A stretch of 57,475 bases of DNA, from the NCBI RefSeq assembly GCF_004010195.1, contig NC_057719.1:30563054-30620528 (forward strand). Reading direction: 5' to 3'. This DNA comes from Chiloscyllium plagiosum (taxonomy: Eukaryota). The notes under the pieces are model-generated. The model searched no databases and was not told where the DNA came from. It saw nothing but the letters and a program-made list of their open reading frames with translations. Position 1 is the first letter of the stretch; each line of letters begins with the position of its first letter. The position numbers and the translations under genes are program-made. Positions 41,901 to 53,900 of this stretch are shown here, in pieces.

Positions 41901-44900
41901 GTCTAATTTCAGGCAGAGTAGATAATGGGACAACTCTAAGAAGGGGAGCATTCTACAGAGAATTGAAGGTGTTGTACTTAAATGTGCGCAGCGTACAAAA
42001 CAAGATAAATGAGCTTGTAGCACAGATTGAAATTGAAGGGTATGATGTTGTGGCCAACACAGATGTGGCTGCCATAGAATCAGGCCTGGGAACTAAATAT
42101 CCAAGGATACACATCCTATCGAAAGGACGGGCAGACGGGCAAAAGGGGCAGCATTGCCTTGTTGGTAATAAATGACATTAATTCAATAGCACGAAGCAAC
42201 ATAGGTTGGAAGGCATAGAATCTGTGCAGGTAGAATTGTGAAACTGTGAAGGAAAAAAGACCCTGATGGGAGTTATGTATAGGCCTCCGAGCAGTAATTA
42301 TGGTGTGGGGCAAAAAATAAATTGTGGATAGAAATGCATGTCAGAAAGGCAATGTTTGAATACAGGGAGAACTAGACATTTGCATACTGAACAGGTTCGA
42401 AGATAGAAGACAGAGAGTGGTGACGGAGTGTTGCCTTTCAGACTGGATGCCTATAACCAATGGCAGTGCTGGGTCCATTGCTTTTCATCATCTATATAAA
42501 TGATTTGGATGTGAACAATAGGAGGTATAGCTAATAAGTTTGGAGATGACAACAAAATTAGTGTTGTAGTGGACAACAAAGAAGACTACCTCAGAGTACA
42601 ATGATATCTTGTATAGATAGGCCAAGGAGTGGCAGAAGAAATTTAATTTAGATAACTATGAAGTGCTGCACTTTGGAAAGGCAATTCAGGGCAGGACTTA
42701 TGCACTTAATGGTAAGGTGCTAGGGAATGTTGCTGAACAAAGAGACCTCAGAGTACAAGTTCATAGCTCCTTGAAAGTGGAGTCGCAGGTAGATAGGATA
42801 GTGAAGAAGGCTTTCTTTTATTGGTCAGAGTATTGAGTACAGGAGTTGGGAGGTCACGTTGCAGCTGTACAAGACACTGGTTAGGCCACTTTTGGAATAT
42901 TGCGTGCAATTCTGGTCTCCTTTCTATTGGATGTTGTGAAACTTGAAAGGGTTCAGAAATGATTTACAAGGATGTTGCCAGAATTGGATGATTTGAGCTA
43001 TAGGGAGAGCCTGAATAGGCTGGAGCTGTTTTCCATGGAGCGTCAGAGGCTGAGGAGTGACTTTATACAGGTTTATAAAATTATGAAGGGCATGGATAGA
43101 GTGAATAGATAAAATCTTTTCGTGGGGATGGGGGAGTCCAGAACTAGAGAGCATAGACTTAGGGTGAGAGGGGAAAGATATAAAAGGGACCTAAAGGCAC
43201 CATTTTCATGCAGAGGGTGGTGTGTGTATGAAATGAGCTGCCAGAGGAAGTGGTGGAGGCTGGTACAATTGCAACATTTAAAAGGCATCTGGGATGGGTA
43301 TATGATCAGTGTTTTGCTCCCTGGAGCTCAAGATCCAGGAATGTTAATTTAATTTGCATTCTGGGAATCTAAGATGACTTTAAAAGAAAAGGCCATTTGT
43401 AGGACAATGATGTTGGGCATTTTAGATGAGCAACGTTACCTAATGACTTTTTCCATATAGCTTAGACTAGTTCCTTGTTACGACGTACTGTTAAAAGGGA
43501 AGGCTATGTAGCCAAAGAAATTGGCCATTCGGCCTGGCTTTATCAAAGTTCCCACTTCGATGTGCATGTAGCTTAATTAGTCAAGCATACTCAGACCTAT
43601 CCATGAGTTTCTCTTTCTCTGCAAACTTTTACCATTTTATTGTTGCTTGTCTGATTAAGGACATGTGGTGTTTTTGTAATTTTAACACCAATTTCTGTAT
43701 AAAGACAGCTGGTTTGCGGCAATAAAGGGAGTAGCCTGAGAGAGTTCTTAGTGGTAAGAGCTGGCACCGCTACTCTGCTAATGGGTTTAGAACCTTAGCT
43801 CATGCTTGGCTTATAGGTATCTATGTTATAGTATAACATTTAAAGGTAACAATTTAAACTAAACTGTCAGTAAGAGTTTTATATTCCAGACTATCACAGA
43901 GTACGATCACTGGGACGAACCAAGAGAGGCTTACAGGTAGAGTCCATTAGGGATTCTCTGAGCCATCTCGAATAGGTACTTTAACAATTTCATGCTGTGA
44001 GCAGGATTCCAACAAGGGATATGTGTGAGGGATACTGGAAAAGAGGAGCTTCATCTAAAGATCGGGCTTGAGACCAATGGCAAGGTAAGGTTATACCTCG
44101 GTTGCTCTCTGTCTGCATTTTTGTGTGCTGCTTTCCCCATTTCACTTTCACGCACCCTGACAGAACCCCAAATTAGACCGTTTAAATACGTACTAAAAAT
44201 AGAGACCTCGTGAAGGTAAGAGATAACAGTAAGAATTTTGTGAAGGTATACAATAAATAGGATAAATATGGGTGCGACCCTAGATGAGACAGAGGGCAAA
44301 CGTCCCTTAACAGAGATAGTGAATATGTATCCTCATTATATGAAACAATTAAATGGAATATCAGATGCAGCTGCCCGACAGAATAAGGACCGGCCTCAGG
44401 GAGGCACACATGAACTAAATCTACTTCTGAAAGTTGAACGAGAGATATGGAAAAAAGGTTGTGGGAGTAAAAAGAAAGAAATAATATATGTTGAAAAATA
44501 TAGCTAAAGGAAAATGGGAAAAATTCATGCAGATATCATGGAGACAAACTCTATTAAAAGGCGTATCATTAACTGAGGAAGGACTTGAATTAGATTGGAT
44601 AGACCTAAAACGCAAATGTGAAGCACATGATTTAGAAACAGAATTGGAGTTGGCCAAAGGAAAAAAATAGCAAAACATAAAGAAGGCAGAGAACCACAAT
44701 CTAATCTGAAATTTCAGGGGCCCCAAAGAAAAGGGAAACCAGTAAATAAAAATCAGGCAGCAGCTGTAGCCACACGGGACCAGACAGACAACAAGGACAA
44801 CTCCTTCGACTCCAGCTATCCCAAAGACCCATTATTAGAGGACAATGATTCTCCTGCAAGTGAGGAATTTGAATCGGATTCAGAGGAGAAGACCTTTTAT

Positions 44901-47900
44901 TATGCTCCCTCTCCTGTTAACTGACCTCTTCCAGTTCCCCAATAGGGACTTCCTCGAAACCCACCCGTAGTACAACCAAAGCGAACACGCGCTACAAAAC
45001 AAAAGCACCTGAACCTCCCCCCTTTCTATTCTGAGGACGAAAGTGCCAACTAAGATTAAGGCATAAGGGAACCTGGAGAAAGCACCTTTGAGTGCCATTG
45101 CCCCACCACAAATGAGTCCTGAAGACATTGATGAATTACAATGAAAGTTTAGGGACCTTAATGTTAGTCCTCGCACTCACCCTGATATGAAATGGCCAAG
45201 GGGAAATGTCCCGAATAGAAGAATCCCTAATTCACTTGCCTAGAATCAGGGACAAAATCCATTTGTTAATCTTTATCAACCTTGGAAACCTCATGAACTC
45301 TCTAGCATTATCAATAAGGCTCCAGACTATGGAAAAAAATCCCGAAGGATTTGTTAATTATATTAATAGGACTAAGGCCATTTACAATGCAGCCTCCCAA
45401 GACTTGCTCCTGGAATATGCTCTTTCCCCAGAAAAATGGACTAAGCTCTTAGAAACTTTACAATGTAATAAGCATACCCAAATCGCGCTTATGCATCCAG
45501 GTGAATCTAATAGGTCAGACTGGGTTATTACCTGCCTCCGACAAGCTGTGGGCCGTGCAATCGACGCGAGTAAAATCTTCACACTTAAACCTCGCTCAAG
45601 CGAAGGAGCTGAGGAGTTCCTTGTCTGCTTTAAAGACTGCTTTGGTGCTTACTCTGGTGAAAATCAGTACCCACAAGGACAATCACCCCAATTTAATGCC
45701 TTATTGTATGATCATCCTTCCTCACTAGGTACAGAAAGCTATTAAAACCCATAATATGCACTGTCAAGATGCCGTTTGAACAATTCAGCCGAGAAGTACG
45801 TTACGTCCGGGAACTTAGAATCCCTACAGTGTGGAAACATGCTCTTCAGCCCAACAAGTCCACACCGACACTCCAAAGAGTAAGCCACCCAGATCCATTC
45901 CCTTACATCTCTACATTTCCCCTGACTCATGCACCTAACACTATAGGCAATTTAGCATGGCCAATCCACCTTACCTGCACATCTTTGGATTGTGGGAGGA
46001 AACCGGAGCACCCAGAGGAAACCCACGCAGACACGGGAGAATATGCAAACTCCACACAGACGGTCGCCCGAGGCTGGGTCCCTGATGCTGTGAGGCCGCA
46101 GTGCTAACCCACTGAGCTACCCCGAACTAAAGGATCTTGACAGTAAGGCCTCTACAGCTAAGGTCAAGACTGAATTTGCCCAAACTGCAAGGGCTAGACC
46201 TAAAATCAGAACTCTAACTAGACATTCCTGTCTACAAGGCCAGCTAGGTTATTGAATGGAACCCTCATACTGTCATCCAGTATCTAGATTAGAGTGGTGC
46301 TGGAAAAGCACAGCAGGTCAGGCAACATCCGAGGAGCAGGAGAATCAACATTTCGGGCAAAAGCCTTTCGTCAGGAATGAAGGGCTTTTGCCCGAGACGT
46401 CGATTTTCCTGCTGCCTGACCTGTTGCGCTTTTCCAGCACCACTCTAATCTAGACTCTGATTTCCAGCATCTGCAGTCCTCACTTCTGCCTGTCTTCCAG
46501 TATGGCAAAACAATAGGGCCGGTACTGTAAATCAACAACATCCTTATGGACCTTGGGGTCCTCCTCAATAGTCCATGATGCCCCTTACTCCCTATAAATT
46601 CTCCCTATAAATCCTCTTACTATTCCTGTGCGCCTCTCCCACCCCCTACAGCCCCCAAACAACTCTAATCAACCAGGACATTGGTCCAAGAACTGCCCTT
46701 CCCCTAGGCAGCCCCCTGTTGATCACCAGAATGGAGGAAGCCAGCAATCTTCTGATACCCCTCCCCAGGGACCCCAGCAGTTTGTCCCTCTTAGTGCAGA
46801 GAACCCTTTCCGAACCTGACTCCCTGATGTAGGTCATCATCCTCCTGTGAAGCTTCCTGTGGTTACGCTAGCCCTGAGGATAAACCTATGCCAACCCTTA
46901 ACATTAATGGTCGTGATACTGAATTCATGGTCAACATGGGAGCCACTGTTTCATCGCTTCCCACTAAGCTTGTAAATGACATTGACTTTCAAATCTCAGA
47001 CAATGCTGAACACCTACAAGGTTTAGATGGTTTCTCTAATTTTTACGTAAATACATGTCAGGATATGCGATTGTCACTTTGATTCAAATGATAGAATCTT
47101 ATTCCATCGATCCACCTTGTTCTGCCCAACAAGCTGAGCTCCTTGCTCTTATCCATGCCGGTATACTTGCTGAAGGGAAGTCAGCTAATATTTACACTGA
47201 CTCTCACTACGTCCAAGGTTTTGGTCAACTCTGGCAACAGCATGGCTTTCTTACCTAATCAGGAACCCCAATCCTCCATGCTGCCTGCGTTGCTAATCTC
47301 CTCTGTGCTAATCAACCTCCCTCTCAATTGGTAATTATCAAATGTTCCGCTGACTCCTCTAATGCTTCTGATGTCACTAAAGGCAACTATGCTGCTGACG
47401 CAGCTGCTAAGAAGGCAGCTTTTGAACAAAGAGATGTGATCACTCAAATGACGAACAGGAAACCAAAGGTAGATCCTCCTTTTTCCTCTTCTGATACCCC
47501 GACCATGAGCTGACCTAGCGCAAATATGGACCCATCGGGGGATGCCTCTGATGAGGAAAAACAAGGGTGGATAAACATTGTTGTCATGTAATTAGTTATA
47601 CTGGACTTTTGAGTTACGCCGGTAGAACAGACATGTCTGTCAGATTTGCTTTTGCCTATTCTACATACGCCTACATACGCATGTAGGTAAGGAGGGAATG
47701 ATGGACAGAATTCTCCAAACTTGGTGGAATCCCCACTAACAAGAAAAAGCAAAACAAGCTGCAACTTGCCTAATTTGTCAAAAACATAATCCCGGGAAAG
47801 GAGTAAAGTGTCCACCAGGTGCAACTCCCTTGCCAAGTGCACCTTTTGATACTATCCAGTTAGATTTTATAGAATTACCTAGATGCTATTGCTATAAGTA

Positions 47901-50900
47901 TTGCTTAGTGATAACTGATGTATTTAGTAGATAGATTGAAGCTTATCCCTGTACTGACTGCACAGCAAAAACTACCTGTAAAATTCTAAGGGAAATTCTA
48001 GATTTGGAACACGAGTAATGGTCTCTTCCAATAACGGCCCCCACTTCCGTGCGAATCTCAGAGTCTGAATATGAATCAGAGATTCCATTGTCCCAAACAT
48101 CCCCAAGCAGCAGAAATTGTAGAAAGAGCAAATCGTACTTTAAAAGACCAGATAAGCAAGTTGGTAGAGGCAATGGGCCTTAATTGACTGCTAGTACTCC
48201 CAACTGCCCTTTTTAATTTGAGAACCATGACCCAGAAGAAAACAGGATTCTCGGTGACTGAACTAGTATGTGGAAAGCCCCTAAGGACTCCCTGGCCTGC
48301 ACCACTGCTGGCCCATCATCTTGTTGAGGTTCATCTAATGGCAGAAAAAATCCACAGACCCCTGACTAAGCTAACCAAAGTATTGCAGTCTTATTATCAA
48401 TAGATCAAAGAAGCCTTTTGGGTACCAGGGAAGAAAGAAGAAAGAGCTCCAACGTTTAAAGACATCAACCCTGATGACTACGTACTATTGAAAGACTTTA
48501 ATAGGGAAAAAAATGGACCCTTGCTGGAAAGGTCCTTATCAAGTTCTTCTGACAACTGAAATTGCAATAAAAATAGAAGGACTTTCAACATGATTCTACA
48601 AAGGATATTGGAAACTTGTATCACCCTCACAATCCTCGTATTAGTACGAGTGCAATCATCTGATGAAAACCCATGTACATGCGCCCAGATGCAATCTGCC
48701 CATCTGTAATATCTCTGAACTGGCTAAACCTCCAATGTGACTGTATGAACGGAATTTGTGTCAATGCTAATGAATCAAATGGAGAAGCAACTAAGGTGGT
48801 ATGTACGTTTGTTGGTATGAACAGTATCACAGGAATTAATTTTATCAATCTAAACGATACTTCAGAGGATACCACATGCCAAAACAATGAGACCATCAGA
48901 TGCCCATCAATGACTCTTCCCCTTACACTGACGACTATATCATCACCCACCACCATCACTATCACTGACGTCGTTACTACCACTCATGATAAGACAACCC
49001 TGATGACCACAAAACAGCAGAAATTAACAACACTCACTCCGCCAACCACTAGCTATTTTGCTACCCCTGTGATTCTGAACACTACCCTTGATACCATGAG
49101 AACACTAATGTGTCCCACTTGTCACCCCAATGCCACTTACAGAAACAAAACCAACAATTTAGGTGTAGAATGCCAATGTAATCACAGCTACACTGGCAAT
49201 GGCACTGGTGCTTCGGGATGCTCTGACGACGAAGAATATATTATTTTCCCCACTGCTGCCCTTGAAGATAGAATTTGTCAGCTCCATGAAACTTATACCA
49301 ATACTTCTGGAAGCTATGAATGCAGCTGCCCAGCTGAAACTCATTTAAGCTATTCACATTGCACATCAGAACATCACTTTCGACATTATTGTCACCCTTA
49401 CAATACATCAGTGCCAGTTGTCATGAGATGGCATGATTCCATAATTTCATCCACTCCATCACCCGAAAACTGTCACTTTGAAATGTTTGTCTGTTCCCCT
49501 CCCAAAAGGAACCATTCCAATTGCAATATTGAACACATAGTACCGAAGTCAAGAACGCTAAGGCATCTATTGCTCTGAGACAGTCAACCTATACCTTCTC
49601 AACAGAACCTTCTCCTATCTGACCTACGCCTACTGGCAGAAATACCTTTATACAGCTTCTGCTTTCAGAGCTACTGTAATTAGTAAGACAAGCTGGAAAG
49701 GTGAAGAAAGACCAAAAATACTATGCACCCCTAATCCCCCTTCTGTTGCAAATGGTTTCTTTATTCAAGCTAAACACTCTGATCTATGTGTCGTCTGCTC
49801 ACTCTTCCATCATTCTGATGTACAATGTATGAATAAGACTCACCCACTTATGCAACCTGCGATGACAAAACCCATTTGGTAGAAAAAGCATGTCGCTGTG
49901 TAAAGTGCACTAACAAACCTAAAGGATCCAACATTAACATTGGTCCACTGTTAGAATGGTGCATTGAAAGAACATGAGGCAAGTGAAGCAAATACTGCTT
50001 AAAAATGTTATAAAAGACACTGGTCGTACTCCTACTCTCCATCCACTAATACATTTGGATAAGCGAACTTTTGATAATACCCACTGTTTGCAAGATTCAG
50101 CCCTCGTTCTGAGTGGACTCATCATTCACTCACAGAAGTGCGCCTCGGAACTCTGTTTAACTTTCACTGGCTATGTGAAAACAAGGCTTACCTATATTTA
50201 CCCAAAGACTGGTATGGATGTTGTGCTTTTGTGCACACCTTATCACATTTTACCCTCCACCATAAAATAACTAAGTTAGATAATGAATGGAAAGCCCACC
50301 AATATGTGAATCGCTACGGAACAAAAATTAGAGGAAAAACAAAACAAGACTTGCATGACTTCTTCCATCAACAAACATGGTGGTCTAGGTTCATGGTAGG
50401 TCTTATTCCTGGCCAGGGTGTTGAGATGACCCTAGATCAGATAGGTGACCTTGCATATGACGTTGAAAAACTTACCAACTCAACTGCCCACATGTTGAAA
50501 CTATTGAACAAAGAACTACAGGAGACCCGGATGATGACACTTCACAATCGATTAGTGCTAGATTTCCTCCTTGCGAAAGAAGGAAGCGCTTGTTCTGTCA
50601 CTGGCCCACAATGTTGCACCTACATAGACAACTTCTCTAAAGACATTGTATAGGACACAGATGTCATCAATAAAACGGGTCAAGACACAGGAAAGATACC
50701 TGCCCCACCATCATCCGACTGATGTGGATGGATTCACTGTGTGGATAGTTCGTGTGGGATGCACTGATAATCCTTGGTCTCATCTGAGGAATGTACATTG
50801 TTGTCTGCTTATGCTTGAAATGGACCATGCATTGCTTTTCACCCAAGCTAAAGAAGAATCTTTTTAATCGACCAGTGTTCACTCCTGTACCTCCATGTGT

Positions 50901-53900
50901 GAACTTTTATGCCAAATCAGGTATCTTTCCGAAGAGGTGCTCGACTTGCTGAAAATACAAATGGACTGAATGGACTAATTATACTTGTATATGCTGTATT
51001 GTTATCAGAAAATGATAAATGGAGGGAATGAGAAAGCTGGTAGCCTTGCACATTAGCAAAGGAGATGCTGGAAAGCGTTTGACCAGAGGTGGGGGGGAGG
51101 TGAGCATTTGTTCAGAAGAATTAAGGACATCTATTCTTAGTCTCAATGGACTGGTGTAAGAGTTTTATATTCTGGATGACCACAGACAATGATCTCCGGG
51201 ACGAACCAAGAGAAGCTTACAGGCAGAGTCCATTAGGGATTCACTGTGCCATCTCGAATATGTACTTTAACAACCCAAGTCCTGTACTCAATACTCCGAC
51301 TAATGAAGGAAAGCATATCAAATGCCTTCTTCACTATTCTATCGACCTGGATTCTACTTTCAAGGAGCTACGAACCTGCACTCCAAAGTCTCTCTGTCCA
51401 GCAACAGTCCCTAGGACCTTACCATTTAGTGTATGTCCTGCTCAGATTTGCTTTCCCAAAATGCAATACTTCACATTTATCTAAATTAAACTCCATTTGC
51501 CACTCCTCAGCCCATTGGCCCACCTGATCAAGATCCCATTGTAATTGGAGGTAACCTTCTTCACTGTCCACTACACCTCCAATTTTGGTGTCATCTGCAA
51601 ATTTACTAACTATAAATCCTATGCTCACATCCAAATCATTTATATAAATGACAAAAAGTAGTGGATCCAGCACCGATCCTTGTGGCACTCCACTGGTCAC
51701 AGGCATCCAGTCTGAAAAACAACCCTCCACCAATACCCTTTGTCTTCTACCTTTGAGCCAGTTCTGTATCAAAGTGACTAGTTCTCCCTGTATGCCATGA
51801 GATCTAATCTTGCTAACAGTGTCCCATGGGGAACCTTGTCGAATGCCTTACTGAAGTCCATATACATCACGTCAACCACTCTGCCCTCATCAATCCTCTT
51901 TGTTACTTCTTCAAAAAACTCAATCAAGTTTGTAAGACATGATTTCCCATGCATAAAGCCATGTTGACTATCCCTAATTAGTCCTTGCCTTTCCAAATAC
52001 ATGTATATCCTGTCCCTCAGGATTCTCTCAAACAACTTGCCCACCACTGACGTCTGTAGTTTCCTGGCTTGTCCTTACCAACTTTCTTAAATAATGGTAC
52101 CACATTAGCCAACCTCCAATCTTCCAGCTCCACACCTGTGACTATTGATGATACAAATATCTCCACAAGGTGCCCAGCAATGACTTTTCTAGCTTCCCAG
52201 AGTTCTAGGGTACACCTGATCAGGTCCTGGGGATTTATCCACCTTTATGCATTTCAAGACATCCAGCACTTCATCCTCTGTAATATGGACATTTTTCAAA
52301 ATGTCACCATCTATTTCCCCACATTTTATAGACAGTCATAGAGATGTACAGCATGGAACAGACTCTTCGGTCCAACCCATCCATGCCGACCACATATCCC
52401 AACCCAATCTAGTCCCACCTGCCAGCACCTGGTCCATATCCCTCCAACTCTTCCTATTCATATACCCATCCAAATGCANNNNNNNNNNNNNNNNNNNNNN
52501 NNNNNNNNNNNNNNNNNNNNNNNNNNNNNNNNNNNNNNNNNNNNNNNNNNNNNNNNNNNNNNNNNNNNNNNNNNNNNNNNNNNNNNNNNNNNNNNNNNNN
52601 NNNNNNNNNNNNNNNNNNNNNNNNNNNNNNNNNNNNNNNNNNNNNNNNNNNNNNNNNNNNNNNNNNNNNNNNNNNNNNNNNNNNNNNNNNNNNNNNNNNN
52701 NNNNNNNNNNNTAAGATTTGCTTTCCCAAAATGCAGCACCTCGCATTTATCTGAATTAAACTCCATCTGCCACTTCTCAGCCCATTGGCCCATCTGGTCC
52801 AGATCCTGTTGTAATCTGAGGTAACCCTGTTCACTGTCCACAACACCTCCAATTTTTGGTGTCATCTGCAAACTTACTAACTGTACCTCTTATGCTCACA
52901 TCCAAATCATTTATGTAAATGACAAAAGATAGAGGACCCAACACCGATTGTTGTGGCACTCCACTGGTCACAGGCTTCCAGTCTGAAAAACAACCCTCCA
53001 CCACCACCCCTCTGCCTTTTACCTTTGAGCCAGTTCTGTATCCAAATGGCTAGATCTCCCTGCATTCCGTGAGATCTAACCTTGCTAATCAGTCTCCCAT
53101 GGGGAACCTTGTCGAACGCCTTACTGAAGTCCATATAGATCACATCTACAGCTCTGCCCTCATCAATCCTCTTTGTTACTTTCTCAAAAAACTCAAGTTT
53201 GAGAGACAAGATTTCCCACACACAAAGTCATGTTGATTGTCCCTAATTAGTCCTTTCCTTTCCAAATACATGTACATCCTGTCCTTCAGGATTCCCTCCA
53301 ACAACTTGCCCACCATCGGGGTCAGGCTCACTGGTCTATAGTTCCCTGGCTTGTCCTTACCACCGTTCTTAAACTGTTCTCTAGCTTCCCACAGGGTACA
53401 CCTGATCAGGTCCTGGGGATTTATCCACCTTTACCCTTTTCAAGACATCCAGCACTTCCTCCTCTGTAAGCTGGACATTTTGCAAGATGTCATCATCTAT
53501 TTCCCTACAGTCTATATCTTCCATATCTTTTCCACAGTAAATACTGATGCAATATTCTCATTTAGTATCTCGCCAATTTTCTGCGGCTCCACATAAAGGT
53601 TGCCTTGCTGATCTTTGAGGGGCTCTATTCTCTCCCTAGTTACCTATTTGTCCTTAATGTGTTTATGAAAACCCTTTGTATTCTCCTTAATCCTATTTGC
53701 CAAAGCTATCTCAAGTCCATTTTTGCCCTCCTGTTTTCCCTCTTAAGTATACTCCTACCTCCTTTATATTCTTCTAAGGATTCACTTGATTCTATCCTGT
53801 CGATACCTTACATATGCTTCCTTCTTTTTCTTAACCAAACCCTCAATTTCTTTAGTCATCCAGCATTCCCTACACCTACCAGCCTTTCCTTTCTCCTTGA

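Larger units (their letters stand above)
44268..46819 (+). pseudogene. gag: ERV gag, disrupted by stops, frameshifts, a SINE and a Penelope repeat
   Basis: Starts MGA (myristoylation-type Gly2); capsid-like ORF 45206-45745; decayed Cys-His box [16 protein letters not shown] at 46817-46819. Confidence 0.75.
43301..51272 (+). mobile_element. Defective class I (gamma/epsilon-like) endogenous retrovirus: LTR-PBS-gag-pro-(RT deleted)-RNaseH-IN-env-PPT-LTR
   Basis: Paired LTR ends, PBS, zinc-knuckle remnant, protease, RNase H, integrase with GPY motif, env with ISD and CX6CC, polypurine tract. The left boundary is approximate because it abuts a CR1. Confidence 0.92.

Noticed and set aside
48673..49578. 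Domesticated, functional host gene (syncytin-like co-option)
   Set aside because: The signal peptide is out of frame, three structural Cys are mutated and the downstream env has stops; no evidence of function in this copy.
52247..52871. ORFs spanning the second gap
   Set aside because: Poly-X artefacts flanked by CR1 fragments.
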